A DNA stretch of 64,000 bases, from positions 417,146 to 481,145 of the forward strand of contig MU054400.1 of NCBI GenBank assembly GCA_013239625.1, in the 5' to 3' direction. Origin of the DNA: Lama guanicoe. Lineage: Eukaryota. Below are positions 32,715 through 45,787 of this stretch, one piece after another. The notes beneath the pieces were generated by a model. The model did not search any database. It had not been told where the DNA came from and worked only from the letters and a program-made list of their open reading frames with translations. The position numbers and the translations under genes are program-made. Each line of letters begins with the position of its first letter. Position 1 is the first letter of the stretch.

Positions 32715-34529
32715 TATTACCTTTTTGATATTAGGTTTCTTGGTGAAATAGCTGTATCAGTTATGATTAGGTTTTTAATGATAATCTTTTAAAATTCCTA
32801 GTCACACATAATTGGCACACCAATAGAGAAGTTCTGTTCTGTACATCACAGTGTAAACCTAAACCTGCTAATGTATCCATAAACTATACCCTACAATTTG
32901 AAATCTCCCACCTATAATTTACACTCCACTGTTTTCACCTCCTACTTTCAGTACTGGTTAACCTCTCCCACTATGTGTTGATTTCATAGCTTAACTCTCT
33001 CAAGAATTTTACCTTTCAAGAGTTTAGGGGATTGCCACTGTAATCTCAAGTACTGACATTCATACCGTTGATGGTTCCTATTAGAACCTTTATTCAGTTC
33101 AGCAATTCTTATTTGTGTAAATCTCAAGAAGATGTTGTGGTGGTCTCCTCTGAAATTTCTTATAAGCATACTAAGAAGAAAGTCACTAACTTATCCTGCC
33201 TTGTATTCTACCGTCTCCTCATTGCCAGCCTTGTACCAGCAATACTGAACTTCTTACCCTCCCACCCCCTCCTCCCCGGTACTCTAGAGAGATAGGTGAG
33301 CTATCCCTGCTAAGCCCTGGCCCAATTGCAATACTCTATTGCATTCCTTGATGTTCATGTTATTTCCTCTGGAATGTTCTTTTTTATTTTCTCCCTAATT
33401 CACTCCACCTCCCTCTACTCTATTTACATGCAGCTAGAGAAAGTATTTCAAGACACAAATCCTGACTGAAGTCAGTGTTTAGTCTTGCTTTTAAGCAAGG
33501 TCTCAACTATCTCTCTAATCCTATCTACCACTTTTTCCTTGCCTACCCACATACACAAACATAGCGGCTTTTTTTTCCAATTTTTTGAACTCACTCAATC
33601 AAGGTTCTCTGATTGGAAACTAGAAAACTAATGTAGCTAACTTAAAGATTGATGGGGCTGCCCTTGGTGCCACTCCCAAACCATATGAATCCTGCACTAT
33701 CCAGGCCCTCAACCTCACAATTACAGATCATTAACAGTAACTCCAGAACAGGAGGGCCTGAGCTCTAGGCATTGTCAAAGATCAGCTCTTCCCACTGATC
33801 AAGTAGGAGGGACATGGCTGTAGGAGCCCACATGGACACCTGCATCCCACATTCTCCAGGGCCTTGACCTCTAGCCAGATGAAATCAGAAACTCTCTAGC
33901 TTTCTGTCGGTTAGTACATCTATTCATTCATTCAACAAGTATTTTTGAGTACTTTCCACACATCTGCCATTGTTTTAGGTGCCAGGGCTCTGCCACAGTG
34001 AACAAAACAAAATTCTGCAATTAGAGCAGTGTTTATCAGGGATATATTAGTTCTGTGTGGTGACTACTGAGACTGCTCCATCCTTAGTTGGTAAATGATA
34101 AAAAAGTAAATGATTGTTGCGATTTTAAGCCACCAATTTGGGGGGCATTTTGTCACACAGCATCAGATAACTAGAATGTTCTCTTAAAAAAAAAGAGGTG
34201 CTGTTCCTTCTGTATGTTGGAATTCTTTAGACTGAAATGTCTGAACCCTGGGTCAAGGTTCAACTTCCCTAAAAAGAGGACTGCCATATACACTGGGGTA
34301 ATTGTTAGTTTAATATCTGTGCCCCCTTTTATCTGTAAGCTCCATGAAGGAAGGGATTGTGTCTATCATGGTCAACATTGTTTCAATGACCTAGAAAAGA
34401 CTCTAGCACATACTTAGCACTCAATAAATATTTTAGTAAATCGCTATTATATTGATTTACTAGCTATATTAGTTCTCCTGTTTGAATAGGATAGTAATTC
34501 TTCTTATATTGTTATTATTAGCAAACATC

Positions 34530-34745
34530 ACTATATAATATTTACTACATATAGACACTGTTTTAAGCCCTTTACATGTATTAATTCATTTAGTCCTCAC
34601 AATAACATACGAGCTAGCTACAACTATTACCCCCTTTTACAGGTGAGGAAACTGATGCACAGAGAGAATAAGTAACTTGCTTGTTGCAGGGCCAGGATTC
34701 AAACCCAGGGAGTCAGCTTCCAGAATTCATATTCCTAGCCACTAC
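34530..34745. mobile_element. MIR SINE (other copies near 10640-10830, 16520-16720, 20150-20310, 23580-23770, 27030-27200, 39690-39830)
   Basis: MIR core ttttacaggtgaggaaactgatgcacagagag...aagtaacttgc...ggattcaaacccagg. Confidence 0.8.
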
Positions 34746-36088
34746 ACTGCCTCTCCCAGTTTCCTGTCCTAGCTCTGGCAGTGCCATTGCTGTTGAAGCA
34801 GGAATAGGGTAAGGTTACACACCAGAAGATGAAGAACATCTTTATCATGATGAAGACAGCATTGTGACTATGCAGGTAAAAAGCTGCACATGGGGACCAA
34901 TTTCCTGCTCTAAAACAGCTTTCCAACATCAGTGACAATAAGAAGATGACAGTCAGGAATGAGAGGTGGTGACACACACCAGGAAGAAAGACCCTTATAC
35001 CAGGCCTACCCCAAGACTCCAACTCTGCCAGCTAAAATGACTGTACCCCAAACTGTGAGGTCTGCTCAACCCCAGTCACCTTATAGGACTAAGGAGCCCT
35101 GAATCAGTAGCTGCTAGCTCAACGCTGAGTCTCTTTTAATGCCAGTGCTACTGTGACTTGTTACTGAGGCTTCCTGATGCTCAGCAGAGAGATCAATGAC
35201 CAAGGCCTGCTGTGGCACCATCACCAGCCCTGCCTCTGCTGTGTAGAACAGCCTGGATGTGGGAGTCTAGATGTAAGCCAACAGTACTGCGAAGGTCACC
35301 AGCAAACTGACCTCCCAGTTTGATGAGTATGGTATCTTCTTGACTACCACCAGCAAGTGTGTACGCCCACATACAAACGCCCCAGCCTCACTCCCATATT
35401 TGGAGAAGACATAAGTTTAAATATCAAAATACTGAAATGGCAATTTATTTCAACAATAGAAGAAATATTTCATAACTGTATTGCTTGACAGCTAAAAAAG
35501 AGGTTCAGAGTTGGGGAGCAGGTCCTGGTAATTAGGGCTGGGGCCTTTGAGAGGGAGTCTTCAAACAGTCTTCTCCATTTGACAGTCACCTGAATACTTT
35601 TTGGCACCTGCTATATGCCAATAATTGTACTAGGTGTGGGAGATAAAATGTGAAGCTGTGATCACTGAGGGTGCTCCATCTCAGAAACACTGCTTTAACC
35701 CACTCAGTCGCTTTTTGGTGTGCTGCCATCACACTGTAAGAGGCATCCTTGTGAACAGGCCACCCTGTCGGGGATGCTGTCAAGGACACTGCTCCTCATA
35801 TAACACAATGTTCTCTTCATGAGCATCCCTGGGAGGCAGTCCAATCTCATCTCAATTCCAGGAATAGTATTACTCCTCCAGCGTAACGGGTTTGTTTTTT
35901 ATCTATGGACACCATGAATTGTGGGGCCAATGAAGCTGTCAGCTTAGAGACAAATTCATGGCCCAGCTGAAGCAAATGTGAAGGTCAGTCCTATCTGCAA
36001 TTTTAGTTTTATCCCTGGCTTTATTTTGTCTCTAACCTAACCATGTATTTATTTATTCACTCTCTGCATTTTTAGTTAATGGCATCTT

Positions 36089-36113
36089 ATGTGTGTGTGT
36101 GTGTGTGTGTGTG
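36089..36113. repeat. (TG)n microsatellite
   Basis: Read directly. Confidence 0.9.
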
Positions 36114-37662
36114 ATTTTTTGTCTTGTAGGTTTTTCTTGTACCCTTAGAAATGGCTATGAACTCTTTCTAAAAGAAGACATTGGCATCAAGGTTTATAAT
36201 ACATTATACACATTTACATAAATGCTATGATAGAGGTGTGTCCACAGAGTGATGTTGGCACACAAGAGGGCTTATAAGTCAGTTAAGAGCATTAGAGTAG
36301 ACCTCGCATAGGGGTCATTGCTTGAGTTGAATTTTTCTTTTGTTTTGTTGTTTTTTTGAGGACGTTGTAGAGTTTATTCACAATGCAACAACTGTGAAAC
36401 AAAATCAGGTTGTTAACAAGTGCAAGAAGACATAGAAAAAACTTGCAGAGTAAATTTTTACATATATCATGGTTTTATGGGACACTATAAATAGAAATTA
36501 TTTAAAACCAGATTGCGACTACTTCCACAAGAGTTTCCTTTCATCCATTTTTTTTCCTGACAAATGGATCATGGGGCAAAATAATTCATATCTACATCAG
36601 AATTTATGTGCAGAGAAGGAAATTCAGATGGAATATCGAACAAGTTAGAAGATACTTGATAGCAAAATAAGGAGAAGAATTAAAGTAACTAAAAGATGTG
36701 TATACACAAAATGTTAGCAACTGGATTGTTCAAATAAATGAGGACAAACAGGATTTAGTTTAAATTATCTACATCAGGAGTTTCCGTTTGGAAGGGATAT
36801 AAAAAATCATTTAGCTGTTGCATACCTGTGCAGCACTATTCTTCCTTAATTCTTCACTACATCTTGCAAGTAGACCCCCAGCCTTGTACTTTCCCGGCAT
36901 TGTGTGGTTGTCTGTATGAGAACAGGTGAGAGAAAGAATACTTGCTGACACATTGTTTTAAGTGTGCTGGATCAGCAGGTTATTTTTAAATACACTCAGT
37001 TTGAGCTCTTTAATTCTTTTTTCTTAAAAAAAGAGTTCTAGCAATATAAATACTCATATTGACCAACTGCATATAGAGGAGCTCAAGAAATAGCTCAAGA
37101 TCTCAAGCATTTCATAATTTACAAAAATACAGCAATAAACATGTTTACTGCACATCTTGTCATTCTTCAATAGTGTGAAAAATTACAACCATATCTCTTC
37201 AGATGAAAGAAAGAGGAAGGAAAGGAGGGAGGGAGGAAAGAAGGAAGGAACCAGCTATATTCCATGACATTTTTCAGCTATCTGTAAGGCCTGGCGCATT
37301 AAAGGGGACACTATTCTCCCTTGCATTAGGGGAAATTATTGACTTTTAACTTAGAATGACTATAGAGTATGTATTAATATTTCACCTTCTTTTTTATTAG
37401 AATGTTTTAAAAATAAAACTTAAAAGTAAAATTACCTGAAAATTGCTGACTTCTGAAAGGAAAAGCTACTCTGAACTCAGCAATTGGTCACTCTGACATT
37501 TCCTGGAGAAGGGCAGCCCAGGCAGCAAGAAAAACCACTAGTGTGCTAGGCTCAATGTTCCAGGATGGCAGGAACCATCTCTGCTTTTTTACAACTATCT
37601 ACCTAGTGCCTGGCTGAAAGTCTGGCACAATGCATATTCATTCACTCATTCAATAAATATTT

Positions 37663-37787
37663 TTTATTTTTTACTGATGTATAGTCAGTTACAATGTGCC
37701 AATTTCTGATGTACAGCATAACATCCCAGTCATGCATGTATCTATATATACATATATTCGTTTTCATACTATTTTTCATTAAAGGTT
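37663..37787 (-). mobile_element. Short L1 3' end inserted in an L2 tail
   Basis: Poly-T followed by antisense L1 3' UTR; TSD AATAAA(T/C)ATTT at 37652-37662 and 37788-37798. Confidence 0.8.
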
Positions 37788-39148
37788 AATAAACATTTAT
37801 TGATTACCTATTCTGTACCAGTATTCTAGATGCCTGGGATACATCATAAAACAAAACAGACAAAGATCTCTACCCAAGTGAAATTTTAGTTCTATTGAAA
37901 AGGGGGTATAGAGAGAAAAGACAATAGGTCAGTAATTTGTTATGTCATGAATGTGAAGGAAAAAGGAAAAAATCAAGCAAGTTAAAGGGGATTGGGAATG
38001 CTGAATAGGAAGAGAAGACTGGGATTTTGAATAGAGGAGGCACTGTAGGTCTCACTGAGAAAATAACATTTAAACGAAGCCTTGAGGGAGGTGAGGTGCT
38101 CAATACTTGTTGATTAAATAAATGAATCAGAGCAAAGTTAAGAAAGCAGGAAGTACAAGACAGGTTCAGGAGGGGGTGAGAAAACAAGTTTGAGAAGGTA
38201 GGCTGTTGGAGATGAAACTGGGAAGGAGGTGGGAGGCTCACTAAGAAGGGCCTTGGGTGCAGAGGTAAAGGGTATGAATTTACAAAATTTAGAGTTTACA
38301 AAGAACTTTCAATTATAGTCCTATTTAATTCTTACATCCCCAGTAAAGTTTCATCTCCATTTTATCAATAGGGAAACTAAGAGAAGCTTGGTAATTTTCC
38401 TAAGATCACACAAAGATACAACATAAAAGTAAAATTTAATTTACATTTTAAAAATTATACAACCTGTAGAGCAACCAATAGGTTGTGGGTGCTAAACAGA
38501 AAAATTAAAGGAGTAAACTAAGAGCCTATTTTGAGTCATACGTATCGAGTTACTGGCAACAGAAAATAGGTGGCTGAAAACCTATTTCTATAATGAATGC
38601 CTTTCTTTTAACTATAAACTTCGGCGAACTTTTACTTTCAGATTGAATCAATTTCTCTTACAAACAAAATACTTTCTGTGACTTAATTTTCATTAAAAAA
38701 TTATTTCTCAATTATACACGAAATACATGAATACTTTCTTTAAAAGGTTAAAGTCCCCAACCAATGGTCACCCTCCATCCTGGTCCTCGACCTCAAAGAT
38801 AAGTAAGTACTATCAGTTCTGATTGTATCCTTCTGCTCTTTTTCTATGGATACTTGTATATACAAATGCTTCCTGAATATCCACACTTGAACATTAATAC
38901 GTTTAAAACTGAACTCATCATTTTCCCCTTAAAGCTAATCTGGTCCTCTGATTTCCTGTGTCAGTGAACAGCATTACTCCATTAGAAACTTTACATTCCA
39001 TATTTTATTTGCCCACTCACCTACCACAAGTAATCATCAATCCATTACTGTAGGTTTACCCCTTTAATACGTTGTATTACCACTTATCTTCTCCAATCCC
39101 ACTTCCACTGCTTTAGTATTGGCCCTCTTTACCTACTACTTGTACTAC

Positions 39149-39320
39149 AGGACCAGCTTCATGCTCATATGATGTGCAGTCACCCAGGGTCTCATGCTTA
39201 GAAGGGCCCGATGCTTGAGAATGCTCTGCTATCACTGTCTTGAAATTCTCAATAACTTCTGAACAAGGGACCCTATGTTTTCACTTTGCACTAAGTCTTA
39301 TAAATTATATAGCCAGTTCT
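39149..39320. mobile_element. MER53-like non-autonomous DNA transposon
   Basis: tgtgcagtcacccaggg...gtcttgaaattctcaataa...gaacaagggaccc...ttgcact matches the MER53 consensus as I recall it. Confidence 0.7.
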
Positions 39321-39929
39321 CTACTACTGTAATGGCATCTCAACTGGTACCCATTCTCCCAGTATGGCCCTGTTGCAACCCATCCTCCGCAATTCTCTAG
39401 GGAATTTAAAAAGGATATTCCAATTGGATCAATTGGAGTTGGATCAGCCAATATATGGCACAGAAGTCTGTCCTACTCAAGGCTGAGAGGTCTAAAGTAA
39501 GTAATAAAGTAAATAAAATAACAAACTTTGCATTGAAAAGATAAATTATTGAAGAATAAAATTTCCACATAACCAAGGATCTAACCACAGCATTTATACT
39601 TTTACATTGTAAGTACTTAGGGAAGGTGGCTAAAGTACACATAACTCTCTGTGAAGCCAGAATGGTGTAGGTGAAGACCACAGGCTTTGCATTCAGAAAG
39701 GCTGGGATCAAATTCCAATTTGACCACTTACTGTGTGACTTTGGGCAAGTTACTCAAATTTACTGATTTTTATGTCCTACTGATAAAGTAGAGAAAATTA
39801 TCTGGCAGGACTTTTATGAGACTCATAAAATAGGGACCCAGTTTAGTTCAACAAACACTACTCTGTGCCAGACATGCCTCCATGCCAATGGCATCGAAAT
39901 GAGTAAGACATCCTTCAAAAGCATGGGAG

Positions 39930-40635
39930 GGGGACAGTAACTTCACAGTGGAGAAATCTGACAAATGCTGTCTTGGCAAGTTGATCAAAGTCTGCATTAA
40001 CAGCCATAAGTCATGTTCATAGTATATACCTTGGATATAATATGATGAAAGAGGTAGTCTTTCTCCCAAAAACCCATAAATCCGGTCTAACCATGAAAAC
40101 AAAAAGTTAACAGAAACCCAAATTGAAGGACAGTCTACAAGATACCTAGCCAGTACTCCTTAAAACGGGCAGGGTTATCCAAAGGAAGGAAAAATCTGAG
40201 AAACCATTGCAGTCAAGAAGAGCCTAAGACACATGATGACTAAAAGTAACGTGGTGTCCTGGATGGGATCCTAGAACAGAAAAGGGACATCAAGTACAAA
40301 CTAAAGAAATCAGAATAAAGAATGGACTTTTAAAAGAAAAAAACTTGTAACTTTGTACACTGGAAACTAGACTTACTGTGCTGATCATTTTTCAGTGTAT
40401 ACAAATATCATATTGTTGTACACCTGAAACTAATGTAACGCTGTATGTCAATTATGCCTCAGTTTAAAAACAGAATGGGCTTTGGTTAATAATGTAACAA
40501 TATTAGTTCACTAGTTGTGACAGCTATACCATTTTAATTAAGATGTTGACAATAGGGAAAAATGGGTGCCAGGTATACAGGAACTCTCTCCACTATCTTT
40601 GTAATGTTTGTGTAAGTGTAAAACTATTCTAAAAT
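39930..40635 (+). mobile_element. L1MC-like 3' end containing a nested younger L1 3' fragment (about 40331-40470)
   Basis: Motifs gtcctggatgggatcctagaacagaaaagggacat and caggaactctc; nested piece flanked by AGAATGG(A/G)CTTT. Confidence 0.75.
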
Positions 40636-41559
40636 AAAAAGTGTATTTAAAAAATAACAACTGAGGACTGGGGACTGAGACCGTGTGTAGTTATAGATAA
40701 GAGGAGAACCAGAACAAACTGGTGACACTCAAAAATAATAATAATTCCAGCCCCACTAGGCCCCACAGTTAATTAAACACCAAATGTAAGAAATTAAAAT
40801 TAATTTACACAGGCATTTAAAAATAACATTTTAGCTAGAATTTACTTTCCATTTTGTGCTTTCCAATAAAATTTTTCTTTCTTTTTTAAAGAAAAAACTA
40901 TAGCATCAATTCTACATATCATCCAAAACTCAATTCATCATTCCCACGAACTCTGCCCCATCACAGTCTCCTCTTCCTCCTCTTTTGGGTCTCCCCATCT
41001 CAGGAAGGGCATCCCCAAGCATCCAGTTGCTCAGGCCAGAAACCTGGAAGTCAGCCATGATTCCTTCTTCCTCAACTCTGTATCCAGTCACATGACCTGC
41101 AGATTCCACCTCTATCTTTTTTTTTTTCCGCCTCTATCTTTATGTTTCCTTCCCTCTCCATTTCTACTATGTAGATCAATTCTAATCTAATCTCTAATCA
41201 CAAAAGCTTCCTATGAATCCATCCTCCACATTAGCACCCAAATGATTGTTCTAAAATGTACATATGATCAAATCATCTGTAAAACAAGATTGCTGTAAGC
41301 ATTAAAATATAACAACATTTATAGAATTTAGCACAGTGCCTAACAGACACTCTAAAAAAGAGTCAGCTGTTAGAGGTTATATCATTCCACCCCTAAAATC
41401 TTCGAGTATCTCTCAAGAGCTTTTAAGACAAAATTCAAACTTGTAATATAATTCTCAAGCCCTCATGACTTGGCCCTGCCATGCCTCCAGTCATCTCCAG
41501 CTATTTCTACAGACACCTGTGATCTGGTCACATGGTTCCTAAGAGTTACAAAGACACCA

Positions 41560-43010
41560 CTGAAATAAAATATAATGGTAAGAAAAGAGAACATTCATGA
41601 TAGCAACAAAAAGACAATGCCTAGTAACATCTTTAAGAAGAAATGATCAGGACCTAATTTGTTTGTTTTTTTAAAAAAAGATAAAGCACAATAAATAAGG
41701 TGAATATACAGTTATATACACAATGTAACTTGTTTATGTGTAGGAAAATTCAACATTATTAGCATGTTAATTCTCCCCAAATTGACTGATATATAAAAGC
41801 ACTGTAATCACAATCAAAATCACAACGGAATTTTGGGGAAATCTGCCAGAAATATTTTTAACTTCATGTGGAAAAGTAAGCATACTAGAAAATGCCAGGA
41901 AAATTATTTTAAAGAAAGAGGGGCAATGAGGAGAAAGAGGCCTACAAGATATTAAAATGTATTTTAAGGAAATCTAGTACACAATAAAAGTGGCACTTCA
42001 CAGTAGTTAGGAAAAAGTTAACATAGTTAGACAAACTAGCTCAACATCTGGAGAAAGATAAAGCTTAGTTAAATACAAATAAGCCTCAGTCCTTACACCA
42101 AAATAAGTTCTAGGTGGAATAAAGATTTAAATATAAAAAAAAGGAACCATGAAAGTACTACAAGAAAACCGGGGAGAATACATTTATAACGTTGGATTGG
42201 TTAAGACTTTAAAATATAGCAAATGAAGGAGATGTAGGAGAGGAAAAGAAAGGAAGAGATGAAAAAAATTAAGAAGCCGAAAAGGAAAAGAGTCAAAACT
42301 TACTTACATAAAAATTAAAGAGTTTATATGGACAAAATATATACATATACAGATACAGGTTAAGTGAAAAGCTACAAAACACTAGAGAAAATAACTGCAA
42401 CATATGACACACTAAACACCCTCTATCCCTAGTATAAAAGTGCTATTATACATCATTCAAATAGTGGAGGGACACCACAGAAAAATGGTCAAATGACAAT
42501 AGACAGTTGACCAAAGAAGAGTCAGTAAACATTTCAAAGATGCTAACGTCACTATTCAAGAAACTCTAATTAAAACAATCAATATCACTTTTTAATCTCT
42601 AATGTTAGTTTAGCAAAGACCAAAAAAAAAAAGACAAGACAGAACCCACCCACCAGGCCATATTGGTAAGGCCCTCTCACACACTGCTGACAGCGGTACA
42701 AACCAATATGAAAAGTTATTTACTCAACTTAAATCTGCGTGCCTATTGAAACAGCAATTTTGGTTCCAGATGTCTGTCTTACAGAAATACTTTCATGAGT
42801 GGCTAAAGCTCTATTTAAGAATTTCTCTGCAGCACTGTGAAAACTACCAAAGTGCTCATCAACAGGGAAATGGTTAAAGAAATACAATGCCTGCATACCA
42901 TACACTACAAAATCATTAAAAATAGCAAACTAGATTTATCCTGACATGGTAAGATGACAATAAGCAAAAAGGGCAAATCACAAACAGCATGTTTAATATG
43001 ATCCTATTCC
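41560..43010 (+). mobile_element. Ancient L1ME-like ORF2 and 3' remnant
   Basis: A-rich degenerate L1 motifs (atgttaattctccccaaattga, ccttacaccaaaataagttctaggtggaataaagatttaaat, catcaacagggaaatggttaaa). Confidence 0.7.
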
Positions 43011-45485
43011 TTCACCAAAAAAGATCACATTCTAAAATTATTGCTGATCTTTTTGTATTTTATGTAAATAAGAATGCTTCTTAAAAGTGTTAACTTCTAT
43101 TACTGAAAAGTCAGAATATATAGCAGGACATATTTTCAGCATCGACATAAAATTCTATGAAGGAAAAAACACCAAACAAAATATATAATGTTTTTTAAGG
43201 CAACTAAGACCCTCCTAACTGCTGTCAGAATAAGTTACTAGCTCAAAGCTTGAATTGGGAAGAGAGATTTTTATACTATATTAAGTTTAATTCTTGAAAT
43301 AAGTACTACATTCAAATGGATTATATACTCCAAAGTTACAGCAATAATATGAAATGTCTCCCTCCCATCAGCCTCTCCTCAGTTAAACAGATCTCCCCAC
43401 AGGCAACCATATTACAAATTTTGGGGTATCCTTTTGAAATAGTCTAGCACATACAAGAAAGTACGTACGTAGTTTTCTTTAACTAACTTTTATGATCTTT
43501 AGTCTTAATAAAGAATTAACTTGTAATAGCTTATAATGGAAAAGAATCTGAAAATATGTATATATAACTAAAAAAGTTATTAAGCTTACGTAAAAGTTGC
43601 ACATTTTAAAAGTATTTTCAATATCAAATTTCATAGTCTTAATGTTGCAGCCTCAAGGAGGTATCTTCATGTTTGTGTCACACTTTCATCTTTCTAAAAC
43701 TTGTGAGAATTTCAACTGGGTTCCTCAGGCAAAAATAAACACTGAACATGGTAATATTTAAGAAACACTAGACATAGTAATATTTATTGTGGAAATTCTT
43801 GGTTGAAGTGATTTGATATACACCATACTAATGCTTATTTCATATGCTTAACCAGTATTAGATTCACACACAGCTCATGTTACACTAAAGTAGGAATTTT
43901 GGGACTTAAAGCCTACATAACACATGAATGATATTTCTTAGTTGTTTGTTTACTGTTCTCTATTAATTGTTCATGTTTTCACAGTTGCTTGCCTCTCCAC
44001 CTGGGATGCTCATCTGCATGGTGGAAGGTTCCCGTACTTAGCACCCCAGTACTCTTCCTTTATTGGCATTTACCTCGGAGGATAGGGACAACGACTTATG
44101 TGACTTTTATTTTAACAAGCCCTAGTTCGCTGCCCGGCAGTATGAGACTTTTACTAACTGCTAATTAAAAAACAAAACAAAAACTTTCATACCAGAGGTG
44201 ATATTTGAGAAGGTAACATCTAAGATAGGAAATATTAGGTGTTTTGTCATCTGGAGCTGGAGCACAGACTGGTGAAAAGGTCCATTTGGGGAAATACAGA
44301 TAGTGACAATTTACAGAGATAAAGCTGAAGTGATAACCATCAGGATGCCTCCAGGGTAAAGTTCAAAATCCTTAGTTTAGTAAGATACACCAACAAATGT
44401 TTGCCAACTAGCTCCGAAGTTTCATCTCTTGTCCCTCCAGCTCTCCTATCTGTGGCTAGATTCAAGCATCTGCAGTTTTCTAACAGCATCAATGTTGTTA
44501 CACACCTTAACCTTACCCATTCTTTGTGCTTTGTCTTTTGCTAGGAATGCTCTTCTTTCTTCAAAACTCAGCTCAACTGCCACTTACCCAGAAAAGCTTT
44601 CTCTGTTCCATCAGATTAATCTAGGAGTCCCTTCCTGGCTGAACTCCATTTGTGGTTCCTTTATACCTCGTTGAACTTGTCTCCCTTCTAAAGTCTGTGC
44701 GATGTCAACCAGGCTTTTTCAACTTTGCCTCTCCATCTTCTTTGGTACTAGATACTCGTGTTTGTTTCGTTACTGAGTAAGGAAAATAGATCTCATTTTC
44801 CATTATGCCCCGGGCCCAACATTCGAAAATCCCAAGGACTCATTTTGCAGACTACAGGCCAAGATTCATAGACTGGTAGTACTTAAACTTTAGGTCAGAT
44901 AATTAAAACTTGTAAGTTACCCATTGTTTGGTATTACTGTGTCCCCGGCTGGCCAAACCGAGTCCAAAGCCCCCGGTTTGCACCAAGGTATTTCAAGTAC
45001 TTCCCTGTTAAGCGCTGTCTGAGCCCAACGTATAGCAAGGCTCAAAGCAAATAACGGGTGTATAAGGGCCAAAGAGCTCTTCCAAATTGGCAGTTTGGTG
45101 AATTAGGAGGCCTTGGACTGTGTGACAAAAGGAACAAGATTCAAGGCCTGCTAGATTGTGCTGGGGCCCAGGCCCGGCATGCTCAGCATTTCGTGCTCCG
45201 CGGCTTCCCAGACCTCAAGGCTAAGAGATAAGCCGGTTAGAGACGCCGAGATGAATCAGGTACCGGAGGGGAGGAGGGAGATGCGGCACGGCTTTGTTCT
45301 CAGGTTCCCGTTCGGCACACAGCCCCTGCCCGGGGCCCTGTTCCCAAGCCTTCAGAGCCCTCTCAGGCGGCCGCGGCCGCACAGATTTGGGAATCCCGAG
45401 TTGGCCCAGAACTGCAGTGGTCTGGGAAACCCCCACTCTCGCCCGATACTCCCTCACTCCGGGGCCCACTGGGTGGAGGTAGGGA

Positions 45486-45503
45486 CTCCAGAAAGTTCCA
45501 CAA
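45486..45503. promoter_or_regulatory. Second, imperfect heat shock element
   Basis: CTCcaGAAagTTCcaCAA. Confidence 0.55.
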
Positions 45504-45678
45504 GCGCCAGGAACCTAGGCTTGCGCCCACCCCCACAAGGCCCTTCGGCACAGCCCAAGAGCCCCCGCGCCGTTGCCCAGACAACCGCGGGGCGAGGCAG
45601 CGGCAGGAGGGGTGGGACTTCCGGTGGGTGACGCGCCTGGGCTCGGCTACAAAAGACGACGGCTGCGGCGCGCCGGGC

Positions 45679-45697
45679 GGAACTTTCCAGAACGCTC
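45679..45697. promoter_or_regulatory. Heat shock element (HSF1 site)
   Basis: gGAActTTCcaGAAcgCTC: three perfect alternating nGAAn units plus one imperfect unit. Confidence 0.85.
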
Positions 45698-45787
45698 GGT
45701 GAGAGGCGGAGGAGCGGCGGCTGCCCCAGCTGCGCACAGCAAGGCGCTCCTTTCCACTCTCCAACACCGGCCTCGGCCCGCTCACCG
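45680..45787 (+). other. DNAJA1: DNAJA1 non-coding exon 1 (5' boundary approximate)
   Basis: In the CpG island downstream of TATA-like TACAAAAG (45648-45655); ends at consensus donor CCG|GTGAGT. Confidence 0.85.
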
